This document shows, piece by piece, positions 1 to 8,184 of a stretch of 55,303 nt of DNA. Source of the stretch: a virus (taxonomy: Duplodnaviria; Caudoviricetes); the IMG/VR virus record IMGVR_UViG_3300006026_000017, positions 1 through 55,303 of that record. One strand, written 5' to 3'. The stretch's first letter is position 1; each line of letters opens with the position of its first letter. The notes beneath the pieces are model-generated. The model was not told the origin of the DNA and did not search any database. It worked only from the letters and a program-made list of their open reading frames with translations. Both the position numbers and the translations under genes were made by a program.

Positions 1-2
1 AT

Positions 3-68
3 ATCATTCAAGATAGTCGTGGTAATGTCACCAGAAAAATCTCAATCGAGTACAAGGAGGAAGAATGA
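3..68 (+). CDS. 3' end of hypothetical protein, truncated by window start
   Basis: Open frame ...IIQDSRGNVTRKISIEYKEEE* whose TGA overlaps the next ATG (ATGA). Confidence 0.6.
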   Translation: MIQDSRGNVTRKISIEYKEEE

Positions 69-301
69 CTGCGGTAATTTACTCTAATGGAAGCCAAGAA
101 TGTGAGAGAATGGCATCTCTCTTAAAGTCATTGGGTGGTGAGTTTTTGGAATATAAATTGAATCATCACTTTACTCAAAAAGGATTTGAGGCAGAGTTTG
201 GTAAAGATGCTGAGTACCCACAAATTAACATTGGGTTTAGGCACGTTGGTAGTATGAAGGAAACTCTCAACTTTATGAAAGAGCACGGAATGTTTGTATG
301 A
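65..301 (+). CDS. glutaredoxin-like protein with degenerate active site
   Basis: Grx layout: VIYS..SQEC, cis-Pro motif YPQI, HVGS; SD AGGAGG upstream. Confidence 0.7.
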   Translation: MTAVIYSNGSQECERMASLLKSLGGEFLEYKLNHHFTQKGFEAEFGKDAEYPQINIGFRHVGSMKETLNFMKEHGMFV

Positions 302-501
302 ATTTTGAACTCTCAATGGAGGACTATACTATCATTCTTAATGCCCTTCATTACTATAAAAAAGTAGATAAAAAGGGAAATTTTATTGATTTTGATGATG
401 ATAGAGTCAATAAATTGAGAGATAAGTTAGCATATCAACTTGTTTGGGGTAATACTGATATAGATAATTTTGTAGATAAACCTAATTTAGGTTTTCAATA
501 A
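298..501 (+). CDS. hypothetical protein
   Basis: ATGA-coupled ORF in a tightly packed operon. Confidence 0.7.
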   Translation: MNFELSMEDYTIILNALHYYKKVDKKGNFIDFDDDRVNKLRDKLAYQLVWGNTDIDNFVDKPNLGFQ

Positions 502-514
502 TTAGGAGTTTCGT

Positions 515-724
515 ATGAAACCATTAGTCCTGATTGCCTGTTTCCTACCACTAGGCATTATTTGGATTATAATGAAACTCAGTCTGTGGATCGCAGCAGT
601 TAATGACGAACAGAAGTATGTCAGAGCAGAATCCAAAAAACCACACGGACCTTATGTGGCAAACGCATATGCAGACGTTGATGAAGAGGAAGAGGAGTAT
701 GGAGATCGCACAGACTATCGATGA
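515..724 (+). CDS. small membrane protein (N-terminal TM, acidic tail)
   Basis: SD AGGAG; hydrophobic LVLIACFLPLGIIWIIM. Confidence 0.7.
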   Translation: MKPLVLIACFLPLGIIWIIMKLSLWIAAVNDEQKYVRAESKKPHGPYVANAYADVDEEEEEYGDRTDYR

Positions 725-848
725 AGCACTTTATCAGTATTATACTGTAGAGAAGGGTGTTCCTGTACCTAATTGGAAAACAAATAAAAATCCTCAGTGG
801 TGGGTAGACTACCTTGAAAAACTGGGCATTGACAAGAACAATCCATAG
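699..848 (+). CDS. hypothetical protein (start moved from 603)
   Basis: SD AGGAG immediately before ATG 699; MEIAQTIDEALYQYY... Confidence 0.6.
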   Translation: MEIAQTIDEALYQYYTVEKGVPVPNWKTNKNPQWWVDYLEKLGIDKNNP

Positions 849-857
849 TGCTATAAT
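829..857 (+). promoter_or_regulatory. sigma70-type promoter
   Basis: TTGACA(829-834)-N17-TATAAT(852-857). Confidence 0.85.
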
Positions 858-879
858 CCGATTATAAAACAAGATTATC

Positions 880-1086
880 ATGGACTATCGACCTTATTCA
901 CCAGAGTGGCATCGTAAAAGATACCTTAAAGAAGCTTTGGATAAGTATATTGATGATTATGTTGACAATAAAACCATTTATTCTGATATATTGGATATTT
1001 TAGAGAATAGATCAGAATCTGCATATGCAGAGTTTAATAAAATTACTGAACTTGAAAATATGATCTATAAATCTCCCAAAAGTTAA
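880..1086 (+). CDS. hypothetical protein
   Basis: ORF directly downstream of a consensus promoter. Confidence 0.75.
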   Translation: MDYRPYSPEWHRKRYLKEALDKYIDDYVDNKTIYSDILDILENRSESAYAEFNKITELENMIYKSPKS

Positions 1087-1109
1087 ATACACTTTTATAG
1101 AGTTTTAAA

Positions 1110-1298
1110 ATGGAACCTTCAGACATAACACTTGAAAATCCATCAAAAATGTTTGCATATGAAAAAATTTCAAGAGAAATTGATTTGATAGATGATATTG
1201 AACTTGCTAAAAAAATGTGTAAGTGTTATGTAAAATTGAACTTAAAACAGGAAGAGACAATTACAAACATGCTTCGTTATGAATCAAAATCATGGTAA
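1110..1298 (+). CDS. hypothetical protein
   Basis: ORF preceded by TAAATA (1084-1089). Confidence 0.7.
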   Translation: MEPSDITLENPSKMFAYEKISREIDLIDDIELAKKMCKCYVKLNLKQEETITNMLRYESKSW

Positions 1299-1528
1299 AT
1301 TTAATTAAATCAACTGATCCACAGTATTTTGAACAAACTTCAGATTTGCCATATGATAGACACAAATACAAAATTGTGTTCAAAGATGGTAGATCTATTA
1401 TTCTAAACAATTATGACGAAATGCGTGGAGTTTGGTTTGAATATGTTCGGAATTGGAGAGATGCTAAAGTAGAAGTTTTGGATAACAATACACAACCAAA
1501 AGGATTTAAAAATTCGAATGGAGAATAA
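1292..1528 (+). CDS. hypothetical protein
   Basis: Overlap-coupled ORF. Confidence 0.7.
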   Translation: MVNLIKSTDPQYFEQTSDLPYDRHKYKIVFKDGRSIILNNYDEMRGVWFEYVRNWRDAKVEVLDNNTQPKGFKNSNGE

Positions 1529-1531
1529 TGA

Positions 1532-1930
1532 ATGCCACCAAGGAAGAAGACTTCTACAACTCCGAAAGCGAAGGCAAAGAGTACAAGGACTTCGACGAAA
1601 AGTACGATGCCTACATCCAAGCAACCTGCGAAGAAACCTTCGGCAAGGAAAACTGCCACGAAAAAACCTATCGTAAAGAAACCTACGACGAAGACTTCTG
1701 GCAAGAATACCACAACAACACCAAAGAAAAGAAAAACAACCCCTAATCCCAAAAGAAAAAAATTTTCACCCGAAGAAATGCATCCCTTTAAAGCATTCCC
1801 TTATCGATTAGAGTATAAAGATGGAAACGACACCAGAATCTGCCACTTTGAGTGTGAAGAGCACAGAGACAAACACATTAAACGATACGGACTTCGAAAA
1901 AACCAATACTTTATCGACAGTCTTACCTAA
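1532..1930 (+). CDS. protein with Lys/Thr/Pro-rich basic N-terminus (histone H1-like composition) and small C-terminal domain
   Basis: SD GGAG at 1520; MPPRKKTSTTPKAKAK... then FPYRLEY...CHFECEEH. Confidence 0.7.
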   Translation: MPPRKKTSTTPKAKAKSTRTSTKSTMPTSKQPAKKPSARKTATKKPIVKKPTTKTSGKNTTTTPKKRKTTPNPKRKKFSPEEMHPFKAFPYRLEYKDGNDTRICHFECEEHRDKHIKRYGLRKNQYFIDSLT

Positions 1931-2048
1931 TGTACTAATGTTAGGGTTGCTTTTTTTAATGACCCTTGTTATAATCTATGCTGGGTATGTTAAAGGCGAC
2001 ATGCACTTACTAACAGTTCTCAAAAACGCAAAAGAATTTTATGACTAA
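1821..2048 (+). CDS. small membrane protein; start uncertain
   Basis: TM segment VLMLGLLFLMTLVIIYAGY; overlaps the previous ORF. Confidence 0.55.
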   Translation: METTPESATLSVKSTETNTLNDTDFEKTNTLSTVLPNVLMLGLLFLMTLVIIYAGYVKGDMHLLTVLKNAKEFYD

Positions 2049-2211
2049 AAGAACTTTCACTGGTAAAGGTGGAGAAACCTGGGAGTGGGAAGAAACCTCT
2101 GAAGTTACCGAGGCAATCAAAAATCTTCACGATAAAGAACGCCAAATGAGACTTGCACAAGAAATTCAAAAATTAGAAGCAAAAGCACCTGATTATGGAA
2201 TTGGAAAATGA
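2041..2211 (+). CDS. hypothetical protein, 56 aa (not in ORF track)
   Basis: MTKRTFTGKGGETWEWEE...PDYGIGK*; fills the gap with overlaps at both ends. Confidence 0.7.
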   Translation: MTKRTFTGKGGETWEWEETSEVTEAIKNLHDKERQMRLAQEIQKLEAKAPDYGIGK

Positions 2212-2429
2212 AACTACTAACACTTGAAGATTATAAAAATGCCGGAGAAACATTCTGGCCAAAGTATTGGTATGTTGCCAAAGAACTTGGCGAAAATGCT
2301 AAAGCAGAAGATATTTTGAAAGTTCTTGAGTCTATTGGTGCAGTTGCACTGAGATTAAAGATGGAAGAAAAAGAGTGTCCATTTGGATTCAATAAAAAAG
2401 GGGAGGAAAATGAAATCAAAACTGAGTGA
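2208..2429 (+). CDS. hypothetical protein
   Basis: ATGA-coupled ORF. Confidence 0.75.
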   Translation: MKLLTLEDYKNAGETFWPKYWYVAKELGENAKAEDILKVLESIGAVALRLKMEEKECPFGFNKKGEENEIKTE

Positions 2430-2685
2430 TTCTTTTGGTGGTACTGTAGAAAAAAATATTCCCGAAGATGTTGAGTGGATTGATGATACTTTCTACATCA
2501 AAACCACTCGCTTTGGATTATACACAAGTATCTTGAAAGATCCTCTTGGTCAGCATTTTATCACTGGTGGTACAAAAGAAGGAGTGCTAAATGTCACACG
2601 TTGGCATCTTAAGTGCTTACAAGAAGGGACACTAGATGAACACACAAGAGTTGTAAATAGTGGTGTTGTTGGTGGTAAACTTTGA
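2410..2685 (+). CDS. hypothetical protein (start moved from 2383)
   Basis: SD GGAGG before ATG 2410; ends VVGGKL. Confidence 0.7.
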   Translation: MKSKLSDSFGGTVEKNIPEDVEWIDDTFYIKTTRFGLYTSILKDPLGQHFITGGTKEGVLNVTRWHLKCLQEGTLDEHTRVVNSGVVGGKL

Positions 2686-2864
2686 TGTATGAACAACTTA
2701 ATTGTTTTGAGGAAGCATTAAAACACTTCGGCACAAGAGTTGAAGTTATCACTGCTATGGAAATGTCAAGGAGAATCTCTCCTGAAGATGCATATCAGAT
2801 GATTAAAGATGAACTCAAAGAGGTAAAGAAATGTCGTAAACAATTTCAAAAAAATGACCGTTGA
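2685..2864 (+). CDS. hypothetical protein
   Basis: TGATG-coupled ORF. Confidence 0.7.
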   Translation: MYEQLNCFEEALKHFGTRVEVITAMEMSRRISPEDAYQMIKDELKEVKKCRKQFQKNDR

Positions 2865-3015
2865 TAGTTTAAAAATTCATCAAAATGAAGATGGGTCTTT
2901 TAGTCTTGAATGGGACAAGCAAGACCCAAAATGGAATTGGATGAATGACTTGACAAGCAAAGAGATTGAAACTATAATGAACGAAGCAATCAGGAACCAA
3001 CTCAATGAAACCTGA
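2854..3015 (+). CDS. hypothetical protein, 53 aa (not in ORF track)
   Basis: MTVDSLKIHQNEDGSFSLEWDKQDPKWNW...; fills the gap. Confidence 0.65.
   Translation: MTVDSLKIHQNEDGSFSLEWDKQDPKWNWMNDLTSKEIETIMNEAIRNQLNET
2950..2978 (+). promoter_or_regulatory. sigma70-type promoter
   Basis: TTGACA(2950-2955)-N17-TATAAT(2973-2978). Confidence 0.8.
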
Positions 3016-3451
3016 AGATTCCTACTACAATCAACGCCGAAATCGTCTCTCCGATGTTGTCACAGAGTATCTTACTGACGAATCTCTGACAGCAAAAGAT
3101 TTTTACAGAGATTTGATGGCAGAAGTTCAGGCATGGGTTGATTATCATGAAAAGGAATTAAAACGTGCTTCGGAAGCAAAAAATCTTCTGGAAGGAAAAT
3201 TTGAAATTAATCTTGATGTTCCTGATACTATAACTGGTATCAGTTCTGCAACTCTTGAAGATTGGAATGAGTTCTGGTATTCTCCGGAAGCACAAGGTGG
3301 ATGGGGAAATACTCCTTACACTAAGGAACAAATCAGAGAATTTAATATGAAAGAGCAAGCATATTATGATGCTCGGGCAAAACTTGACGCTCAACAAGAA
3401 TATTTGAGCACAAAATCAAAGTATTATTTTGACAAAGACAGGAACAAGTAA
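3005..3451 (+). CDS. hypothetical protein
   Basis: 148 aa ORF downstream of promoter. Confidence 0.75.
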   Translation: MKPEDSYYNQRRNRLSDVVTEYLTDESLTAKDFYRDLMAEVQAWVDYHEKELKRASEAKNLLEGKFEINLDVPDTITGISSATLEDWNEFWYSPEAQGGWGNTPYTKEQIREFNMKEQAYYDARAKLDAQQEYLSTKSKYYFDKDRNK

Positions 3452-3681
3452 TGGCATTATCACAATCAGTTGAAGATTCTCTGCAGGAAGCACAGCAGTC
3501 TCTCAGAAATGCTCTGGCATATGCAGCCAGACAAGAACGTTCAATGGTTTGTAGTGTAATTGCTGATCTTATCGGCAAAATAGATTCATTGCAAAGTACA
3601 GATTCCATTCTTGATAAGTTGGAAAGTAGAGGACCGGGTGACAGTGGATTCTTTGGTGCAAAATTTGATTTTGACGATTGA
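3451..3681 (+). CDS. hypothetical protein
   Basis: TAATG-coupled ORF. Confidence 0.75.
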   Translation: MALSQSVEDSLQEAQQSLRNALAYAARQERSMVCSVIADLIGKIDSLQSTDSILDKLESRGPGDSGFFGAKFDFDD

Positions 3682-3763
3682 TTGCACAATCCCAAAGAAA
3701 ATCTTAAATTTCTAGATAGTTGTGAATTCTTCTGTTAGAATTTGAAAACATCGCAAAAAATCT

Positions 3764-3970
3764 ATGACACTTCCATTCAATGGTAAAAAACTAACCGAAA
3801 AAGAAGAAAAAAGTATGAAAATTGCCTTAGAACAGGCAGATATTCGGGCAATTCATCCAGAAAGGATGGAAGCACTGGCAGAATCTATGGTGGAAAAACT
3901 TAAAATGACACCAAAAGGTCAAGCAACTAACACAAAAGGATGGAGGACTTGCAATCCTTTGAATGATTGA
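3764..3970 (+). CDS. hypothetical protein
   Basis: 68 aa ORF on the coding strand. Confidence 0.65.
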   Translation: MTLPFNGKKLTEKEEKSMKIALEQADIRAIHPERMEALAESMVEKLKMTPKGQATNTKGWRTCNPLND

Positions 3971-4009
3971 CTAAAATAAATAAGTAATAACGCTTTACAA
4001 AAACTTTGT

Positions 4010-4237
4010 ATGGAAAGTATCGAAAAGCACATTGAAAAAGACAAAGAGATCTTGAATGATCCTACTGTCTCTCCACAAATGCGTCGTCACATTGAAGGTG
4101 AACTGCATGATTTGGAAGAGTATGCAGAAAATCATAAAAAAGAAATTGAAGCAGGAGATCATCACGATCCAACTTATCTTGAGATTTATTGCGATGTAAA
4201 TCCTGATGCAGATGAATGTAGGATTTATGAAGATTGA
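4010..4237 (+). CDS. cp12: CP12 Calvin-cycle inhibitor (auxiliary metabolic gene)
   Basis: Acidic 75 aa protein ending PTYLEIYCDVNPDADECRIYED, the CP12 C-terminal signature; TAAATA at 3977-3982. Confidence 0.9.
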   Translation: MESIEKHIEKDKEILNDPTVSPQMRRHIEGELHDLEEYAENHKKEIEAGDHHDPTYLEIYCDVNPDADECRIYED

Positions 4238-4268
4238 TACTAAATACTTGTTGATTTGATTTAAAAAA

Positions 4269-4937
4269 ATGCAAATAAATTGTTTAGTTGGAATTGCTAT
4301 AAGCGCAAATCCAGTAGGAACTTCGTGGAATAATAATGAAAAAATTAAATTCACGGGTATAAGTTTTAGGGCAGAACCCGATTTTACTGGAAGAGTTTTA
4401 AAACAAAACTATACTGATGGTGATAGTGTTAATACTCTTTTGGATGAAAAAGGTCCAATCAATCTTATTTTGAGTAGAGATAGATGGGATAAAGATCCAG
4501 AGTCTGGTATCTCAACAACTGCTTCTTTAGAAGTTTTTTCCTACGTAGATGCACCAGAATCTATTCGATCTAGTATACCATTTTCGGGCAGTGTAGATGA
4601 GATATATTTTAATCCAGATAATGTAGATTCTTCAGAAGAGGTTGGCATCTCTACAGATACAAATTCTGAAGAATCTGGGGAATCGGAAGAATCTGAAACT
4701 TATTTGCATAAACCAGATCCATCTCTTGTTAAAGATTATTTAAAACATGCATCAGATAATCAGTATGTTTTTGCTTATTATTATAATGTTGGGGTTGGTT
4801 GGTCATGTTTTAGAACATATCCTGCACCGGAAAACTATGATTATTCTGGAAGAGTGGTAACAATTCCTGATGGAGATTACACTTCACTAATTGACATGCC
4901 TAGACCACCAAGGTATGAAGATCTTCCTGAAGTGTGA
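4269..4937 (+). CDS. hypothetical protein, probably late
   Basis: 222 aa with an acidic low-complexity insert; TAAATA at 4241-4246. Confidence 0.75.
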   Translation: MQINCLVGIAISANPVGTSWNNNEKIKFTGISFRAEPDFTGRVLKQNYTDGDSVNTLLDEKGPINLILSRDRWDKDPESGISTTASLEVFSYVDAPESIRSSIPFSGSVDEIYFNPDNVDSSEEVGISTDTNSEESGESEESETYLHKPDPSLVKDYLKHASDNQYVFAYYYNVGVGWSCFRTYPAPENYDYSGRVVTIPDGDYTSLIDMPRPPRYEDLPEV

Positions 4938-4991
4938 CAGTTAAATAGGTGGCATACAAGGGGGTTTCGACCCCTTTTTTTCGTGTATATT
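4934..4991 (+). promoter_or_regulatory. early-type promoter (upstream box plus -10)
   Basis: GTGACAGTTAAATAGGTGGCAT, then 30 nt, then TATATT. Confidence 0.65.
4958..4982 (+). terminator. intrinsic terminator with UUCG loop
   Basis: GGGGT-TTCG-ACCCC followed by a T run. Confidence 0.85.
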
Positions 4992-5082
4992 AAGAAGGTG
5001 GTTGAGAGATCACCGACCTCCTACGGGACTAAACCAATCGCAGGCGCTGGTCACCCTGCACCACTTCACTTGAATTTTCATT

Positions 5083-5511
5083 ATGGGTACTCGCTCACTG
5101 ATCGGTAAACAACTCTCTGATGGTAGCATCCTCGGTGTTTACTGCCATTATGATGGTTATCCTGCCTACAATGGTCGCATTCTGCGTGACAACTTCGACA
5201 CTGTTGAGAAAGTTAATGCACTGATTGACGGTGGTAATATGTCCTGTACCTGGACTAATGCAGGTTGGAACAATGAAACTCTGCCTAAGACTGGCCCTCT
5301 TTATTACACCATGCGTAATGAGACTTTGGAGAGTAATGCACCACAACTCTACAAAGATCTGAATGAGTTTATGGTTGCTGCTGATGATAATTATGGTGCA
5401 GAATATACCTATCACTTTGTGAATGGTGAGTGGGTCTGTCATGATCTCAATGCTGGTCCCGATCGTCACATGGTCAAACAGGTTGAGATTCCTGCTGGTC
5501 CACTTGCATAA
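5083..5511 (+). CDS. conserved phage hypothetical protein
   Basis: MGTRS...VYCHYDGYP motif, recalled from early proteins of T4-like phages. Confidence 0.8.
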   Translation: MGTRSLIGKQLSDGSILGVYCHYDGYPAYNGRILRDNFDTVEKVNALIDGGNMSCTWTNAGWNNETLPKTGPLYYTMRNETLESNAPQLYKDLNEFMVAADDNYGAEYTYHFVNGEWVCHDLNAGPDRHMVKQVEIPAGPLA

Positions 5512-5554
5512 CCTGCACAGGGGGCACTGAAACGCCCCCATATGCCCCTATAAT
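5498..5554 (+). promoter_or_regulatory. early-type promoter
   Basis: GTCCACTTGCATAACCTGCAC, then 30 nt, then TATAAT(5549-5554). Confidence 0.7.
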
Positions 5555-5582
5555 ACGTTCATACACAAAGGGAAGACCACTC

Positions 5583-6077
5583 ATGCCTGTTGATTCGATC
5601 ATCCACTCCATCGACTCTGAGACCTTTGCTGAGTTTTGTGCTCAACGTGACGCACAGAATACCATCCAACTGAATGTTACAAAGTGGTGCTATATACTGT
5701 GTGATGCACTGCTGAAGAACTACATTGATTACAGCATCAAGTCTCATCAACGTTATGTTAAAGAGTATGGCAACATTCAAAATGTTGACATTGTAAAGTA
5801 TGACTATCATCAGGCATGTATTGAAGACCTGAAGAATGGTCAGTGTGGTTATGAGTTTACTGTAGAGTCTGGACGTAAGTATCACAAAATCATGATGAGT
5901 GCCAATGGTTCTCGTTCTGTTCATGCTTTTGTTGACAAGAAGACTGGTGAAGTGTATAAACCTGCCAGCATCAAGTCTCCTGCCAAAGGTGTTCGTTATG
6001 ACTTGCGATTGATTGAGCAACGTGAGTGGTTGCTTGAGCACGCAGATTGGGCGGGAGAATATTTGTATATGAAGTAA
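5583..6077 (+). CDS. conserved phage hypothetical protein
   Basis: GRKYHKI...SVHAFVDKKTGEVYKPAS..PAKGVRY motif. Confidence 0.8.
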   Translation: MPVDSIIHSIDSETFAEFCAQRDAQNTIQLNVTKWCYILCDALLKNYIDYSIKSHQRYVKEYGNIQNVDIVKYDYHQACIEDLKNGQCGYEFTVESGRKYHKIMMSANGSRSVHAFVDKKTGEVYKPASIKSPAKGVRYDLRLIEQREWLLEHADWAGEYLYMK

Positions 6078-6079
6078 TT

Positions 6080-6229
6080 ATGAATCGAACTGAAACTCTA
6101 GCATATGGTTCTCTTGTTCTTTTATTGACTGTGTTGACTATTCATACAGTAAATGTTGAGCAAGAGAGACCAGAACTTCGCGAAAGTATTTGTGCAACAC
6201 TTCCACAACCACATCCAGATTGTCAATGA
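6080..6229 (+). CDS. small membrane protein with CATLPQPHPDC tail
   Basis: N-terminal hydrophobic segment; shares its motif with 7466..7639. Confidence 0.65.
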   Translation: MNRTETLAYGSLVLLLTVLTIHTVNVEQERPELRESICATLPQPHPDCQ

Positions 6230-6429
6230 ATTACACTAAAGAACAACTTGTAGATGCACTCTGTGCAGAATGGGAGTATCTTTGTCCTGATGATTTCGAT
6301 CCTGAAGTAGAACTTGATGCAAGTGAATATCGTATTGAGATGGAGAAACTGACGGCAGAACAACTCATTAGAGAAACTGGAACTGATGAGTATTTTACTC
6401 TTGATGAGTATATGGGACGTTATGGGTAA
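6226..6429 (+). CDS. small acidic protein (start moved from 6190)
   Basis: ATGA coupling at 6226. Confidence 0.7.
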   Translation: MNYTKEQLVDALCAEWEYLCPDDFDPEVELDASEYRIEMEKLTAEQLIRETGTDEYFTLDEYMGRYG

Positions 6430-6468
6430 AATGTGTTAGAATGAACATGCAATCAAATTGAGGTTACT

Positions 6469-6633
6469 ATGAACGATCAACGTCATTATCACACCGAAAG
6501 TGAGCGCCGCCAACTGGATGGAGTTGTCCACGATGCGGATACAAATGGTTGGAATATTTCTAAACTGAATAGAATGAAAACTCGTGCAAATAATCTTCCT
6601 GATGATTCTTTGATTACTGATGATGTTTCATGA
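6469..6633 (+). CDS. hypothetical protein, 54 aa (not in ORF track)
   Basis: SD GAGG; MNDQRHYHTESERRQLDG... Confidence 0.65.
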   Translation: MNDQRHYHTESERRQLDGVVHDADTNGWNISKLNRMKTRANNLPDDSLITDDVS

Positions 6634-6764
6634 CAAGTAAAGAAAAACTCATCTTCATTGGTTCTTTCGTTTGGTTAATGCACTGGGGGACATGTCTAGC
6701 ATCTACACTTCTGGATACGGTTATTCTAAAAAACTCTGTGAGGATGTTACCTCTTGGTTTCTGA
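6630..6764 (+). CDS. possible small membrane protein
   Basis: ATGA-coupled MTSKEKLIFIGSFVWLMHWG...; overlaps the next gene. Confidence 0.45.
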   Translation: MTSKEKLIFIGSFVWLMHWGTCLASTLLDTVILKNSVRMLPLGF

Positions 6765-7168
6765 ACAAGTATTATCCACGTCATAAGATTGATGTGGATA
6801 TTGTCCACCGAGGATTGAAACGTGACAAAGTTGTGGGGTATTGTGATGTTATTGGTCCATCTTATCGTCCACGTCACTTTCTAATTGAACTTCAATCTGA
6901 TATGTTCAAGGAGTTGTATATAAAAACTCTTTTTCATGAACTGACCCATTTGGCACAGTGGGTTGATGGTTCACTGCGGTTTCGGCATGGAAAAATGAGA
7001 TATTGTCAAGAACCAGTGGAAAATTATGATTATGAAGACCAACCACACGAAATTGAGGCACGGAATAGTGAAACAATCCTATATGATTTGTATATGAGTG
7101 ATAAACAAGATAGTCCGGTTGAACAGGTGGCACAGAGATCATTTCCGAACCGCCTGACGGCTGTATAA
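6692..7168 (+). CDS. putative zinc metallopeptidase
   Basis: LFHELTH (HExxH) and downstream PHEIEAR. Confidence 0.7.
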   Translation: MSSIYTSGYGYSKKLCEDVTSWFLNKYYPRHKIDVDIVHRGLKRDKVVGYCDVIGPSYRPRHFLIELQSDMFKELYIKTLFHELTHLAQWVDGSLRFRHGKMRYCQEPVENYDYEDQPHEIEARNSETILYDLYMSDKQDSPVEQVAQRSFPNRLTAV

Positions 7169-7169
7169 T
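7113..7169 (+). promoter_or_regulatory. early-type promoter
   Basis: GTCCGGTTGAACAGGTGGCAC, then 30 nt, then TATAAT(7164-7169). Confidence 0.75.
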
Positions 7170-7196
7170 TACAAGGTAATCAAGGGAACACACCCA

Positions 7197-7463
7197 ATGC
7201 AACTGACCAACTCCGCCACCATCGTTGACTTCTTCCCTGAGGCGTTCATCGCTGAAGCATGTGAGAAGAAGGGTATGAAGGTTGTAGTTAAGCGTTTCAT
7301 GAAGCGTGTCACTTTCCGTGCTACTGGTCAGAAATCCTATAGCGTTGTAGGTATGATTGATGCCAAGAATGAGTGGGCATCCCGTATTGCTAAGGGTGCT
7401 GAGGTTACTGGTTACAACACCGAAAAAATGCCTGCTGGTGAGTATATGCCCCTCTACTGCTGA
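7197..7463 (+). CDS. hypothetical early protein
   Basis: First ORF after an early-type promoter. Confidence 0.75.
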   Translation: MQLTNSATIVDFFPEAFIAEACEKKGMKVVVKRFMKRVTFRATGQKSYSVVGMIDAKNEWASRIAKGAEVTGYNTEKMPAGEYMPLYC

Positions 7464-7465
7464 TT

Positions 7466-7639
7466 ATGTTCTCTAAAGTCACACAATACGGACTCGCTGG
7501 CATTTTTCTCTGTATTGCTCTCGGTAGTTATCTTAACTTTCTAGCAGAGCGTGATGCTAAGATGTTCAAAGCATACGATGCGTGTGCTACACTCTCACAA
7601 CCACATCCTGACTGTAATGTTCACTCAAGAAGACCATGA
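7466..7639 (+). CDS. small membrane protein with CATLSQPHPDC motif (not in ORF track)
   Basis: MFSKVTQYGLAGIFLCIALGSYLNFL...DACATLSQPHPDCNVHSRRP*. Confidence 0.65.
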   Translation: MFSKVTQYGLAGIFLCIALGSYLNFLAERDAKMFKAYDACATLSQPHPDCNVHSRRP

Positions 7640-7766
7640 GTTTATCGACTTCTTGTTTGGTAAACTCACATCTCTGACTGATACTGAGATGATTGATTTG
7701 CACGATGACGATACTGCTGGTATCGACGCTCTTGAATTCAAACAACTGGAAAACGACAATGTGTGA
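7617..7766 (+). CDS. small acidic protein (start moved from 7551)
   Basis: MFTQEDHEFIDFLFGKL... Confidence 0.6.
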   Translation: MFTQEDHEFIDFLFGKLTSLTDTEMIDLHDDDTAGIDALEFKQLENDNV

Positions 7767-7938
7767 ACTGAACGCAACTAAAGAGCAAGTGAACGTTATC
7801 ATCCAACGATTGGAAGATGCAATCAGTGTTTGTTACACTGCACCAGAGAATCCTAAGGAGGAGGGTTATCCTTATGCGACAGGATTTGCACGGTCTGCAA
7901 TGCAGGGAGCAGTTGAAGATCTTAGGAATCTAATGTGA
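7759..7938 (+). CDS. hypothetical protein (start moved from 7693)
   Basis: MCELNATKEQVNVIIQRLED...YPYATGFARSAM. Confidence 0.65.
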   Translation: MCELNATKEQVNVIIQRLEDAISVCYTAPENPKEEGYPYATGFARSAMQGAVEDLRNLM

Positions 7939-7971
7939 TATAATTAGAGTTGTAGTAAGCAAAAAAGCACT

Positions 7972-8184
7972 ATGACTTTTGAGAAGAATATACCACTGAA
8001 TGTTCAAGAGATTGGTATTATTCTATCTGCTCTTGAAGAATTGGACAGAAGAGATGAATATCTTATTGCGCGGGAATATGGAAGTGTTTCTACACTCCAC
8101 AATAAACTAAATTCCATCTATGATATGATGGACAAAACCGAAATTGGAATCCGCTATGAACCATCAATTGAACCTTCCTTCTGA
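7972..8184 (+). CDS. hypothetical protein
   Basis: Preceded by extended -10 TGaTATAAT (7936-7944). Confidence 0.7.
   Translation: MTFEKNIPLNVQEIGIILSALEELDRRDEYLIAREYGSVSTLHNKLNSIYDMMDKTEIGIRYEPSIEPSF

Noticed and set aside
1411-1752. Minus-strand hydrophobic 113 aa ORF resembling a membrane protein
   Set aside because: It is the reverse-complement shadow of the A/C-rich Lys/Thr region; no promoter or RBS seen.
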